A DNA stretch of 64,000 nt, taken from IMG/VR virus record IMGVR_UViG_3300028563_000020, positions 2,143 through 66,142 of that record, one strand, 5' to 3'. Below, in pieces: positions 1-10,404 of this stretch (the first letter of the stretch is position 1; the number at the start of each line of letters is the position of its first letter). The notes under the pieces were generated by a model, which saw nothing but the letters and a program-made list of their open reading frames with translations, searched no databases and was not told where the DNA came from. The position numbers and the translations under genes were made by a program. This stretch comes from a virus (taxonomy: Duplodnaviria > Caudoviricetes).

Positions 1-867
1 TATAAAAAATGGATAATATATTCATATATTATTTTTGATAAATATGTATATACTGGTGCAAGTGATAATTTAATTAGAAGACATAATGATCATATTAACC
101 CTAGACTTAGTGATGTTTTATATAGAAAAATATGTGAAAAGAATATAGATGTTAGAAATTTAATAAAACTTTCATCTATTATAAGTAAAGACGATAACAA
201 AAATATTATAAATAGAGAGTATAACATAGAAAACTTTAATTCAGCTATTATTAAACTAATAATTGAAGAATGTAATATTACTACTCGTAATGAAGCTTCT
301 ATATTAGAAGGATTTTATTTAGAAAAAAGAATTAATGAAGGATATGAAAAATTAAATATTTTAAAAACCGGAAATATTAATGGATGTGTAAAGAAATGGT
401 ATTATGAAAGTGTAAAAAAGAAAGCATTAAAATACACTAATAAAAAGGATTTTAGAGAATGTTCGTATGGCGCATATAAAGTAGCAACATTTAATGGTTG
501 GTTGGATGATATATGTTCTCATATGAAATCAAGAATTACGAAGCCATATAATTATTGGACAAAAGAACGTTGTCATGAAGAAGCATTAAAATATAAGAAT
601 AGAAATGAATTTAATAAAAAATGCTCTGGTGCGTGTTATGCAGCAAATAAAAATGGATGGTATAATGAAATTTGTGCTCATATGACTCAATTATTAAAGC
701 CTGTTGGATATTGGACATATGAACATTGTAAAGAGGAATCAATTTTATCAAAAAATAGAGAAGAATTTAGTATAAAATCATCCACTGCATATAATTATTC
801 AAGAAAAAATGGATGGTTAGATGAATTTTTTCCTAAAAATAAAAAAACAATAAATAATATATTTTGA
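1..867 (+). CDS. GIY-YIG homing-endonuclease-like protein with W-T-x-E-x-C-x-E-E-A-L-K-Y repeats (5' truncated by window edge)
   Basis: Frame 1 is open from base 1 into the tracked ORF 502..867. It translates YKKWIIYSYIIFDKYVYTGASDNLIRRHNDH (GIY-YIG-like) followed by repeats shared with 23493..24419. Confidence 0.7.
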   Translation, partial: YKKWIIYSYIIFDKYVYTGASDNLIRRHNDHINPRLSDVLYRKICEKNIDVRNLIKLSSIISKDDNKNIINREYNIENFNSAIIKLIIEECNITTRNEASILEGFYLEKRINEGYEKLNILKTGNINGCVKKWYYESVKKKALKYTNKKDFRECSYGAYKVATFNGWLDDICSHMKSRITKPYNYWTKERCHEEALKYKNRNEFNKKCSGACYAANKNGWYNEICAHMTQLLKPVGYWTYEHCKEESILSKNREEFSIKSSTAYNYSRKNGWLDEFFPKNKKTINNIF

Positions 868-1928
868 AAACAAGAACTCTTTTAGTAGATACAAATTTTT
901 TAATTAAACGGTCACAATTTGGAGCAAAGAATGTATTCACTAGCAAATTCGGTGACATCGGAATTTTATTTTCATCAATGATGAAAATTCGAGAATTAAT
1001 CCGAAAATATGCCATTAATAAAACAATATTAGTATTTGATGGAGACCAGGGTGGAAAAAGTCGTTATTTACTCGATCCTGCATATAAAAGTACGCGAAAA
1101 AGTAAAAATTGGCATAATAAAATTGAATTATCAGAAGCTGAAATATTAAGAGAACAAGAAAAAGAATTTTCGTTATTAAAAAATAAAACAAGATTACAAT
1201 CATATGCAGAAGATTTATTCATTCGTCAAATTTCTGCTAATGAGGTAGAAGCAGATGATATTATAGCAGCATATTGTATAAAACATTGTAATGATGAATC
1301 AATAAAAATATATACAAACGATAGAGATTACTCTCAATTATTAAGTTTAGATGGAAATAATATTGAAATATTATTTGATAATATTCCAGAACCCATAACT
1401 AAATCCAATTATTACTTTCATTTTGGTATTACATATAAAAATGCATTGACAGTAAAGATTATTTGTGGTGATAAATCGGATAATATAAAAGGCATTGAAG
1501 GTATACAAGTTGATACGTTATTGAAATTATTTCCAGACATTGAATTTAAATATATGTCAGTTAGAGAAATTTGTATGAAGGCTAAGGAGATAAATGAAGA
1601 CAGAATAAAAAATAAAATGAAGCCATTAAAATGTTTAGAAAATTTATTAAATAATAAAGAAAGGCTTATATTAAATCATAAATTAATGAATTTACATGAG
1701 CCATTTTTAAATGATGAAGCAATTGAAGCATTAGAACAACTAGACTGTCCTTTGTCAGATGAAAATAGAGGTTCAAAAAATTTATATAAAATGATGGTTG
1801 AAGATGAGTTCCTAAGTGTTTATAATGGTAATTTTGTTAATTATGTAGAGCCTTTTTATACTGTTATTGCTTATGAACAACAATTATTGAAAGAATATTA
1901 TAAAGCAGTAAAAAATAATATTACATAG
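864..1928 (+). CDS. 5'-3' exonuclease / flap endonuclease (T4 RNase H-like)
   Basis: Motifs LLVDTN, LVFDG, EADDIIA, TNDRDYSQL, GDKSDNIKGIEGI. Confidence 0.9.
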   Translation: MKTRTLLVDTNFLIKRSQFGAKNVFTSKFGDIGILFSSMMKIRELIRKYAINKTILVFDGDQGGKSRYLLDPAYKSTRKSKNWHNKIELSEAEILREQEKEFSLLKNKTRLQSYAEDLFIRQISANEVEADDIIAAYCIKHCNDESIKIYTNDRDYSQLLSLDGNNIEILFDNIPEPITKSNYYFHFGITYKNALTVKIICGDKSDNIKGIEGIQVDTLLKLFPDIEFKYMSVREICMKAKEINEDRIKNKMKPLKCLENLLNNKERLILNHKLMNLHEPFLNDEAIEALEQLDCPLSDENRGSKNLYKMMVEDEFLSVYNGNFVNYVEPFYTVIAYEQQLLKEYYKAVKNNIT

Positions 1929-1964
1929 TCTTTAAAATTCCTTGCAATAATGGAATATTCATAG

Positions 1965-1972
1965 TATATTTG
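1965..1972 (+). promoter_or_regulatory. Bacteroidota-type -7 promoter element (TAnnTTTG)
   Basis: TATATTTG 35 nt before ATG 2007, with CTTG about 21 nt upstream. Confidence 0.6.
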
Positions 1973-2006
1973 TTATAAGAAATTTAATTAATAAAAATAA
2001 ATTTTT

Positions 2007-2603
2007 ATGCAAGAAAACGTATTTAAAATCTCTTTATTTCAAGAGAATAATTTAATTTGTGAGAGAGGATTTGATGCTGATATTTTTAGTCCATCTGTTA
2101 AGAGTCCGGTTGATATTAGAAATATTCTACCATCTATTATTAGTAGGTTACAAAGAGGTCTCTCGAAAAAAGAGTATTATACTGAATTTGAGGTTGGTGA
2201 AGAATTAGTATATGATATGTATGAATATCGAAATGAAATGATTGAGTCATACCCTCAAAGTTATCAATCATTAATGAATATTACTCCTCAAATAAAAAAA
2301 CAGGTTATAGAAAATAAAACAATTAGTGGTGTTGAATTTAAATTTAGTTTTTTTGTTAATGAAAATCTTATTGTTGAAAGATTATTTTATGTTCAAGGTT
2401 ATAATGAAGAAGTAAAATATTCAATGGATATTTATTTTATGATAAATGATATTTGCAATCAAATATTTACCTATTTAAAAAAATGTGATGTCGGATATAT
2501 ATGGGAAGATTATGATCTAATTAATTCATATAATATGACAATACAACAAATAAGAGAATTATTACCTAGTAAAAGAAATGATTTACTTAGGAAATTAAGA
2601 TAA
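2007..2603 (+). CDS. hypothetical phage protein
   Basis: 198-aa ORF with promoter upstream and terminator downstream. Confidence 0.7.
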   Translation: MQENVFKISLFQENNLICERGFDADIFSPSVKSPVDIRNILPSIISRLQRGLSKKEYYTEFEVGEELVYDMYEYRNEMIESYPQSYQSLMNITPQIKKQVIENKTISGVEFKFSFFVNENLIVERLFYVQGYNEEVKYSMDIYFMINDICNQIFTYLKKCDVGYIWEDYDLINSYNMTIQQIRELLPSKRNDLLRKLR

Positions 2604-2636
2604 TTTTTAGTTTTTTCATATTTTTCTATTTTTTTG

Positions 2637-2668
2637 AATCTTGCTCTGAAAATGGGCAAGATTTTTTT
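2637..2668 (+). terminator. intrinsic terminator
   Basis: AATCTTGCTC...GGGCAAGATT hairpin followed by T-run. Confidence 0.7.
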
Positions 2669-2701
2669 ACAATAAATATTTTAATAATATAATATTAAAT
2701 A

Positions 2702-4399
2702 ATGTCTAATATCGACAACGAAAATAGTAATAATACAATAAGCGGTTATCTTGGTTCAGAATTTCAATTAAAATTAATGTGGCAAATATTAGTAGAACCA
2801 GAATTTGCTGAAAAGACGATTCCATTATTATCAGTAGAATATTTTGATGATCCTGCATTAAAAAAATTATTCATCATAATGTTACAATATTTTAATGATA
2901 ATGAAAATAAAGTACCTAATCTTCAAAATCAAAGTATAAATCTTGCTATTCAAAAATATAAGTCGCCAAATGACCCAATTGAGGAAGAAGTTTTATTAGC
3001 AATAATAAATAAAATTAATTTATGGAATAATAGGGTTATAAATAAAGATATGTTAAATGATGGTGATGTTGTACAAAGAGAGACTTTTGTATTTTTTAAA
3101 CAACAAGAATATCGAAAATTATCTGAATTTATACAATCAAAGGTAAAAAGCGGTGATATAAAGAATAAAAATTTTATTGTTGAAGTAGATGATAAAGTAA
3201 GAAAAATTGATACTATTGGTGATGATGAAGATTATGGAATAGTAATACTTGATGATATTGATGATGCACTTAAAGATGAATTTCGTGAAACAATACCAAC
3301 AGGTATACAATTTTTAGATGATATTACTGGAGGGGGGTTGGGAAAAGGTGAAACAGCAATTGTTCTTAGTCCTTCGGGATATGGAAAAACGACATTACTT
3401 ACTAAAATTGCAAACACTGCTGTAAATGATAATAGAAATGTATTACAAATAATATTTGAAGATACTCCTAATCAAATAAGAAGAAAACATTTTGCTATTT
3501 GGTCTAAAATACAACTATCATTATTTAAAGGTAATGGATTAATGATTAAAGAAAGAATATTAAGTTATTTTAAAGAAAATAAACAAGGCCAATTAATAAT
3601 TAAACGTTTTATTGAAGATGAAACTACCATTCCACAAATAAAAAAATGGATTGAAAGATATCAAAAGAAGTTTGGAATTAAATTTGATTTATTAGTTTTA
3701 GATTATCTCGATTGTGTTGAATCGCATAAAAAAACTTCTGACCCAAATGAAGCAGAAAAGGCAATTATAAAATCATTTATGGCAATGGGTGCAGAGCTTG
3801 ATATACCATCGTGGACGGCTGTCCAGGGGGGGCGTGCGTCATTTTCTGCTGAAATTCTTGAAGCTGGACATATTGGTGGAAGTATTAAACGTGTTCAAAA
3901 AACTCATTTATTAATTTCAATAGCTAAAACTCCTGAGCAAAAAGAAAATGATTTAGCTAATATTAAAATTATTAAAGCTAGATTTGCTAAAGATGGCCAA
4001 GAAATAAAAGATTGTATATTTAATAATGATACAATGGAAATACGGGCTACTGATAATTCATGGAAAACCACATTAAAGAAATATGATGAAAAAGATTTAG
4101 AAACAATAGACGAAAAAGTAAATAAATTACATGCTGAAATTTCTCAAAAAATTGATGATGGTATAACTCCAAATACTGAATTTGATAATCAAACCGATAT
4201 TGTTACTATTATTGAGGAAGAAGATATTAAAAAACCTGATAGTATTATCGTAAATAATAAATCATATAATGTAATTACTCATAATATTAATATTAAGCCT
4301 ACATTTAATGATGTCGATGAATTTATTAAGAAATTAAATAATGGAGAATTAAATAGTAATGATAAAAATAATATTAATAATCTATTAAATAATAGTTAA
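2702..4399 (+). CDS. replicative DNA helicase (DnaB/T4 gp41-like)
   Basis: IPTGIQFLD, Walker A SPSGYGKTT, Walker B LLVLDYLD, KARF arginine finger region. Confidence 0.9.
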   Translation: MSNIDNENSNNTISGYLGSEFQLKLMWQILVEPEFAEKTIPLLSVEYFDDPALKKLFIIMLQYFNDNENKVPNLQNQSINLAIQKYKSPNDPIEEEVLLAIINKINLWNNRVINKDMLNDGDVVQRETFVFFKQQEYRKLSEFIQSKVKSGDIKNKNFIVEVDDKVRKIDTIGDDEDYGIVILDDIDDALKDEFRETIPTGIQFLDDITGGGLGKGETAIVLSPSGYGKTTLLTKIANTAVNDNRNVLQIIFEDTPNQIRRKHFAIWSKIQLSLFKGNGLMIKERILSYFKENKQGQLIIKRFIEDETTIPQIKKWIERYQKKFGIKFDLLVLDYLDCVESHKKTSDPNEAEKAIIKSFMAMGAELDIPSWTAVQGGRASFSAEILEAGHIGGSIKRVQKTHLLISIAKTPEQKENDLANIKIIKARFAKDGQEIKDCIFNNDTMEIRATDNSWKTTLKKYDEKDLETIDEKVNKLHAEISQKIDDGITPNTEFDNQTDIVTIIEEEDIKKPDSIIVNNKSYNVITHNINIKPTFNDVDEFIKKLNNGELNSNDKNNINNLLNNS

Positions 4400-4495
4400 A
4401 AATGATAAGAAGTATGGTTTATTTAGACCGTGAAGATGCTAAGCGGTGATGAGAATAAAACATTGTTGAAAGGTATATCAATACTTATTAATTTT

Positions 4496-4526
4496 AAATC
4501 CTTGGATAATTATCTGAGGATTTTTT
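4496..4526 (+). terminator. intrinsic terminator
   Basis: AAATCCTTGGATA/TATCTGAGGATTT stem (with G-U pairs) then T-run. Confidence 0.7.
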
Positions 4527-4561
4527 ATTTTTATGTTATTAATATAAAGATATTTTTTTAG

Positions 4562-4569
4562 TATTTATA
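4562..4569 (+). promoter_or_regulatory. putative phage late promoter TATTTATA (representative copy)
   Basis: Same octamer recurs on the sense strand shortly upstream of about 19 gene starts (see findings). Confidence 0.6.
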
Positions 4570-4589
4570 ATAAATTTATTGTAAGTACT

Positions 4590-5594
4590 ATGTCAAATTT
4601 CTTTTCAAGGCCAAGATTAGCTGATAATCAATTTAGACAATTAACTGGAGATACGCTTAATTTATCTGGTACTACTAATTTTAAAGGTGTTTTAAAATCT
4701 AAAGATGTTGAAATTGATGGTGGATTAAATAATGCAACTGGTGGTACAATAACATCTAAATATGTTTTAACACTTGATGGTACTAAAATTAGATTAAGAC
4801 CAAATGATGGTGGTGGTACAACTGTTTTTAATAGTAATAGAAATACGACTAGAAGTGGTGTCCCAAGTGTTTTTGTTGGTGGTAATACTGTAACTGATTT
4901 CCTTGAGGGTTATTTTTTTCCTGCTATTCCACCTGCTTCGATTATAAGTATTTCAAGTGGTGGATCAGATAGACAATTTGGCGATGGTACAATAGGAAGT
5001 TTAAGTTGGACTGCTGTTCGTAATACCAACCCAATAACTCAAATACAGTTAGATACTAATGGTAATGGTATATATAACTTAAATGTTACTGTTGTTAATG
5101 GTAATACTCAATCGGGAAGTGTTGCATATGCATTAACAAATAGTGATTATAATCCAGTTTCAGGAACATTAACTAAAAGTAGAACATATTCACTTAAAAC
5201 AAGTACTGCAACTGAAAATGCTGTATCTACTGCTAGTATTATGTGGAGACATAAAAGATATTGGTTTAGCAATATTAATCCGCTTACAAGTGCTGATGCT
5301 ATAACAATTCAAGGAATATTAAATAGTAGTGCGTCAAGTGAATTAACGACAAGTAAAGCTAAAACATTTAGCCCAATTACGTTTGTTAATCAATATTTTT
5401 ATTATGCTATACCATCTTTTTTTGGTGTGCCAGCATTTACAGTTAATGGTTTACCTAATAATGCTTGGGGGAATTTAGGCACTGGAACACTTTTTACTAT
5501 TTCTTTTACTAATAGTAATGGATATACAGAAACTTATTATATTGCTAAATCAGATCAAAGCATGAGTAATACTTTTAATATTATAAGTACTTAA
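4590..5594 (+). CDS. virion structural / tail appendage protein
   Basis: G/T/S/N-rich; N-terminal QLTGDTLNLSGTT module shared with three other genes. Confidence 0.6.
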   Translation: MSNFFSRPRLADNQFRQLTGDTLNLSGTTNFKGVLKSKDVEIDGGLNNATGGTITSKYVLTLDGTKIRLRPNDGGGTTVFNSNRNTTRSGVPSVFVGGNTVTDFLEGYFFPAIPPASIISISSGGSDRQFGDGTIGSLSWTAVRNTNPITQIQLDTNGNGIYNLNVTVVNGNTQSGSVAYALTNSDYNPVSGTLTKSRTYSLKTSTATENAVSTASIMWRHKRYWFSNINPLTSADAITIQGILNSSASSELTTSKAKTFSPITFVNQYFYYAIPSFFGVPAFTVNGLPNNAWGNLGTGTLFTISFTNSNGYTETYYIAKSDQSMSNTFNIIST

Positions 5595-5629
5595 TATATA
5601 AATAATTAAATATAAATATATAATATACA

Positions 5630-8062
5630 ATGTCATATTTTACAGGTACATTATTAGCTTCTCCAGTAGTAAACGGTTCAAGTGGCGATACGTATGGAAC
5701 ACATTTTTCCGTTTTAGGTATTGGTGGATATGTGGAAGTTAATACAATTAATGATAGAAATAATATTCCGGTTAATGCTGTTAATGGTTTAGATTTTGAT
5801 GGTTTATCATCAGGAAGAAGAAAATATGGAATGCTTGTTAATGTTGTATCATTAAATAAAATATATAAATTATCACCATCATATTCGTCATGGTTAACAT
5901 TTAATAATTCACAAAAAGTAGCTGCACTTAATGATAATAATAATTGGGTTGAATTTAGTACATTAAATGCTGAAAGAATAAGTAAAATATATACTCAAGC
6001 TCTTCATGGATTTGCTGTGGGTAGTGTTATAGGTTATAATAAATCATTAAATCAGTTTGTTAAAGTTACATCTAGTAAAAGTAATACCATTGAGCCTCTT
6101 GGTGTTATTAATAGTGTTATAAGTACTAGTTCATTTGAATTAACATTTGCTGGTTATATTACCCCAATTAGTGGTATAACGGATTCATCTAGTGTATCAT
6201 TAAGTGGTGGAACAGTATATTATTTATCTGATTCAATAACTGGTAAATTAACTAAAACTAAACCAATAAGTTCAAATAGTTTAGTTAAACCAATGTTAGT
6301 TACATTAACTAATAATGATGCTATTGTTTTACAATATCAATCAAATGAAACTAGTTTATATACTGCTGGACAGGGTATTAATAGTAACGATCTTTTAAAT
6401 AATCGTAAAATAAGTGTAGATCTTTCATCATTTACACAGCCTTTTGGCGGTATTAATATTACATTAACTGGAAGTAGTAATAATGCAATATATAATGATA
6501 ATACTGGTAATGGATATGGTATTCAATATGGTGCAAATTATAGTCCTACGTTTTTACCAAGTTCATTGGTTGATAAAAGATATGTCGATGCAGTAGCATT
6601 AGGTCTTTTTCCTAAAAAAGCTGCACTTGCTGCAACAACGATTAATATTGATTTAACTGGTGGTACATTTACTGGAATTATTGACGGTATTACTATCCCA
6701 AATAAAGCAAGAATATTAGTTCATAATCAAACAAATGAAAAGCAAAATGGAGTTTATGATTATGTATTAAGTGCTCATACATTTACTAGATCTTCAGATT
6801 TTAATAATAGTGTTAGTGGCCAAACTAAATCAGGTACTTTAGTTCCAGTAGTAAGTGGTAACACTTTATTTAATACCATTTGGATTGTTACAACAGAAAA
6901 TCCAATTAATATAGGAACTACTCCTATTGAATTTACATTATTTAGTAGAGTTAATACATATATTCCAGGAGTTGGTATTATTATAAGTGCTAATACTATA
7001 ATATTTGACGGTGCTAATATTGCTGGTAATAGTATGACATGGACTGGTAATAAATTGAATGTTGATCCTACTAGTGGTACATTAGCATCAGCATTATTTA
7101 ATAAGCTTAGTACATTAGTATATAATACTTATACTGGTAATACTTTAAATACATTAAATTATCATCAGCATGAAATATTAGTATTATCAGGTAAGACATT
7201 TACAGTTACTGGTACGACTATTGGTAATACTATTACTGGTAGTAAAATATATAAAACTACTAGTGGTAATACGAATATGCTTTTTAGAGCATTAGTTCCA
7301 AGTGGCGGAACTAAAATTAAAACAAGTGGTGATAATATTATTATATTTTCGCCAACTACATTTACTGGTTCAAGTAATAATAGTGTTTCTGCTCAAAATA
7401 TAAGTAAAAGTTTTAATCAATTATTACATGGCTTTGGTGTTAATGATGTTGTTGCATTTAGTGGTACTACATTTATTAGAGCTATTGCTGATGGAACAAT
7501 GGATGGTGAAATATTAGGTGTTGTTACAAAAGTACCTGATGGTGATAATTTTACAATCACATTCGCAGGATATATTAGCGGATTAACAGGTCTTGTAACT
7601 AATAGCACCTATTTTTTAAGTGATATTACTCCAGGTGTTTTAAGTTTAGTTGAACCAACAGCATTTACACATTTATCAAAGCCAGTATTACAAGCATTAT
7701 CGCCAACAGAAGCAGTAATATTTAATTATAGAGCTGATATTATATCGAGTGGTACAACTAGTGGCGGTGGATCAAGCATAAATATTATAATATCTAAAAA
7801 CCCAATATATAATGCTACTTCAGGCAATTATTATATTGGATGTTCTGGTACAACAACAGTTAATTTACCTGCTACACCATTATCTGGAAATGAATACACT
7901 ATTAGCGATCTTAAAGGAAATGCATTAACTAATAATATAACTATTAATGGTAATGGCTTTAATATTAATACTGGTGCATTTGCATTAATTAATACCAACA
8001 ATGGATCAATAACAGTATTATTTAATGGCGTGATCTGGAATGTTATTGGATTTGTAAGTTAA
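5630..8062 (+). CDS. tail fibre / virion appendage protein
   Basis: 810 aa, T/G/S-rich; internally duplicated domain (ISKxxxQxLHGF...TFAGYI...YxLSD...KP); RILVHNQTNEKQNGVY motif common in tail proteins. Confidence 0.7.
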   Translation: MSYFTGTLLASPVVNGSSGDTYGTHFSVLGIGGYVEVNTINDRNNIPVNAVNGLDFDGLSSGRRKYGMLVNVVSLNKIYKLSPSYSSWLTFNNSQKVAALNDNNNWVEFSTLNAERISKIYTQALHGFAVGSVIGYNKSLNQFVKVTSSKSNTIEPLGVINSVISTSSFELTFAGYITPISGITDSSSVSLSGGTVYYLSDSITGKLTKTKPISSNSLVKPMLVTLTNNDAIVLQYQSNETSLYTAGQGINSNDLLNNRKISVDLSSFTQPFGGINITLTGSSNNAIYNDNTGNGYGIQYGANYSPTFLPSSLVDKRYVDAVALGLFPKKAALAATTINIDLTGGTFTGIIDGITIPNKARILVHNQTNEKQNGVYDYVLSAHTFTRSSDFNNSVSGQTKSGTLVPVVSGNTLFNTIWIVTTENPINIGTTPIEFTLFSRVNTYIPGVGIIISANTIIFDGANIAGNSMTWTGNKLNVDPTSGTLASALFNKLSTLVYNTYTGNTLNTLNYHQHEILVLSGKTFTVTGTTIGNTITGSKIYKTTSGNTNMLFRALVPSGGTKIKTSGDNIIIFSPTTFTGSSNNSVSAQNISKSFNQLLHGFGVNDVVAFSGTTFIRAIADGTMDGEILGVVTKVPDGDNFTITFAGYISGLTGLVTNSTYFLSDITPGVLSLVEPTAFTHLSKPVLQALSPTEAVIFNYRADIISSGTTSGGGSSINIIISKNPIYNATSGNYYIGCSGTTTVNLPATPLSGNEYTISDLKGNALTNNITINGNGFNINTGAFALINTNNGSITVLFNGVIWNVIGFVS

Positions 8063-8073
8063 AAATATATAAT

Positions 8074-8568
8074 ATGAGTTACGAAAGTTTATATAATCCA
8101 TATTCATCATGTTTATTACATGAAACATATAATGATTCTTTTTCTGTACAATCAAATAAATTTAGTAAAGGAACAATAACAAATAATATTAAGTTTTCAA
8201 ATGGTATTTTAAAATTTGATGGAATTAGCGGTAAAATAACTAGAAAATTTAGATCTAATAATATTAAAACAATAATATTAAATATTAAACCAATTAGTTT
8301 ATCAAAAGATTTATTAAAGCTAAGCTCAAGTGTTAATATTAAATTAATAAATGGTGTTGTTACATTAGCTGGAATAAGTGGTGGAATAATTACAATAGAT
8401 GGAATAGTGACATCAAAGATTGGTTTAAATAAATTTCAAAAAATAGTTATTAATACCCCCAATAATATTATAGTTAATGATTTACAAGAAGGAATAGTAA
8501 CATCAAATTATTTTGATGGTTATATTGATCTTTTTGAATTATATAATGTACAATATTTTGGTCAATAA
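8074..8568 (+). CDS. LamG/concanavalin-like virion protein
   Basis: LKFDG...YFDGYIDLFELYN pattern typical of LamG-like folds. Confidence 0.45.
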   Translation: MSYESLYNPYSSCLLHETYNDSFSVQSNKFSKGTITNNIKFSNGILKFDGISGKITRKFRSNNIKTIILNIKPISLSKDLLKLSSSVNIKLINGVVTLAGISGGIITIDGIVTSKIGLNKFQKIVINTPNNIIVNDLQEGIVTSNYFDGYIDLFELYNVQYFGQ

Positions 8569-8570
8569 TC

Positions 8571-9155
8571 TTATTTATTTAATTCAATATTCTCATCATA
8601 ATTTTTTTTAAGTTTAATATCATACTGATTACTAGCATAACCTGATCCATTGTATAACTTAGCAAAAGTAGCCCAATCTTTAGCTTTTAAAGCTTTATAT
8701 TTATTACCATTACTATCATTCTTAATAAAATTTATAAAGGCTTGAAGTTGATGTTGTTCATCAATATACATGTCATTAACATAATCGGTTACATTATTAT
8801 ATCCGCATGAAAGATGATTGAATCCCATAATTTGAAATAATCCCCAACTTGTTGACTTTAAAGCAGCATCATTATTTATTTTTTTTGCTTTTTCTAATCT
8901 TAGATATTGATCTTCAGAATAATATATTTTAGTCCATTTAGAATAGACGATATTTTCATTTCCTTTAACAAACTTGTTAGGATCAAGACCAATTTTTAAT
9001 AATTGACTCCAAAATATATGTCCTTCAAATAATATTTTTGGCTTATTATCCGATATAAATCCATTTCCACCGCTTTCAACAATTATAACTGCTTTAATTG
9101 ATGCTGGCTCAAGATTATTTGCTTTGACTACTTTTATTATTGTACTGTTGTCCAT
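8571..9155 (-). CDS. N-acetylmuramidase (DUF3380) endolysin
   Basis: VESGGNGF, PKILFEGHIFW, STSWGLFQIMGFNH, FAKLYNGSGY. Confidence 0.9.
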   Translation of the reverse strand: MDNSTIIKVVKANNLEPASIKAVIIVESGGNGFISDNKPKILFEGHIFWSQLLKIGLDPNKFVKGNENIVYSKWTKIYYSEDQYLRLEKAKKINNDAALKSTSWGLFQIMGFNHLSCGYNNVTDYVNDMYIDEQHQLQAFINFIKNDSNGNKYKALKAKDWATFAKLYNGSGYASNQYDIKLKKNYDENIELNK

Positions 9156-9194
9156 AATAGTATAATACTTTATTTAATATAAAAATTATTATAA

Positions 9195-9800
9195 TTAATT
9201 TGTTTTAATGTTTTTATATATAATTTCATACTTATCATCATTTATAAGCATAAAAAAATCGACCATATAGTCTTCATAGTTACCATAATATTCTGGATTA
9301 AGATTTTTGCGGCACATAAATGTTGATTGATAACAATAAGTTATTTTATATATTATATTTAATAATTTACTTATTTTATATGATAATTTAAATAGATTTA
9401 TATGTAAATATACTAATACTAACCATTTAATTAAATTAAAATATTGATACATGAAACTTACACCTACTAAATACTGACAATAATTAGTGATTTTATTTTT
9501 TTCATCATCAGTTAATGGTATTTTTCTACGCATAATGACACATCCCTCATTAGGATCATCAAGTTTATAATGTCTTCTAAATAGCCAAGGTTTATACCCA
9601 CTATCTATAGAACCATATACATATAATTCATTTGCTATCCATATGAGTTCAGCAGCATGAGATAATACAATTTCTGATTTTATATTATGCTGCTTTGCAT
9701 ATTTTTTCATTACTTTAACTATAGATTTGCTAACAAAATCATCATAAGAAGTTGTTAAAAAATTATCACCTGTTTGAATATCATTTATTGATTGTATCAT
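9195..9800 (-). CDS. permuted papain-like NlpC/P60 family protein (putative)
   Basis: N-terminal QTGD, SHAA (His) preceding C-terminal YC (Cys), i.e. permuted order; adjacent to endolysin. Confidence 0.45.
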   Translation of the reverse strand: MIQSINDIQTGDNFLTTSYDDFVSKSIVKVMKKYAKQHNIKSEIVLSHAAELIWIANELYVYGSIDSGYKPWLFRRHYKLDDPNEGCVIMRRKIPLTDDEKNKITNYCQYLVGVSFMYQYFNLIKWLVLVYLHINLFKLSYKISKLLNIIYKITYCYQSTFMCRKNLNPEYYGNYEDYMVDFFMLINDDKYEIIYKNIKTN

Positions 9801-9822
9801 AATATTATATTTTATTTTTGTA

Positions 9823-10377
9823 TTAAAAAGTAACGCCTTGCAGAATTCTTATTCCACTTATATAACTATTAGCTCCAAATTGTAGACTTAAATAATTACT
9901 TGTAGTAAATGAATTATCTATAATATTAGTGTTTAATGATATCCATTTAATACTACCACTTTGTCTATAATAAACAATAAATGTATTATTTAACACATTT
10001 GTTGTTCTCTGAATTTGAAAGTCATATAATTTATTATTTAAATCTAAAGTATTATTTAATATTAAGCTGGTTGATACACCATTAATTAGTTTTACTAATC
10101 TAGCAGTAGTATTGTTGAGACGTTCAATAGCATATCCATTTTGTTTATTCAATTCTGGTCTATTTGTATTAAATATTATTCTATCATTATTATTTAATAG
10201 TAATACATTATTAAAAAAAAATGTTCCCAATACATTTTTTTGTAACATATATATTATTCCTGACGATGTACATTTTAAATATTTTTGGCCTAATATAATT
10301 TGAATATTATTATTTATTGTTTGTTCAGTAATAGACCAAGTACCTGATTTTTTAAACCAATTTCCTATTCCAGACAT
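9823..10377 (-). CDS. hypothetical beta-rich virion protein
   Basis: 184-aa ORF in structural block. Confidence 0.5.
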   Translation of the reverse strand: MSGIGNWFKKSGTWSITEQTINNNIQIILGQKYLKCTSSGIIYMLQKNVLGTFFFNNVLLLNNNDRIIFNTNRPELNKQNGYAIERLNNTTARLVKLINGVSTSLILNNTLDLNNKLYDFQIQRTTNVLNNTFIVYYRQSGSIKWISLNTNIIDNSFTTSNYLSLQFGANSYISGIRILQGVTF

Positions 10378-10404
10378 ATTGTTTTCTTTATATTATTTTT
10401 CATG

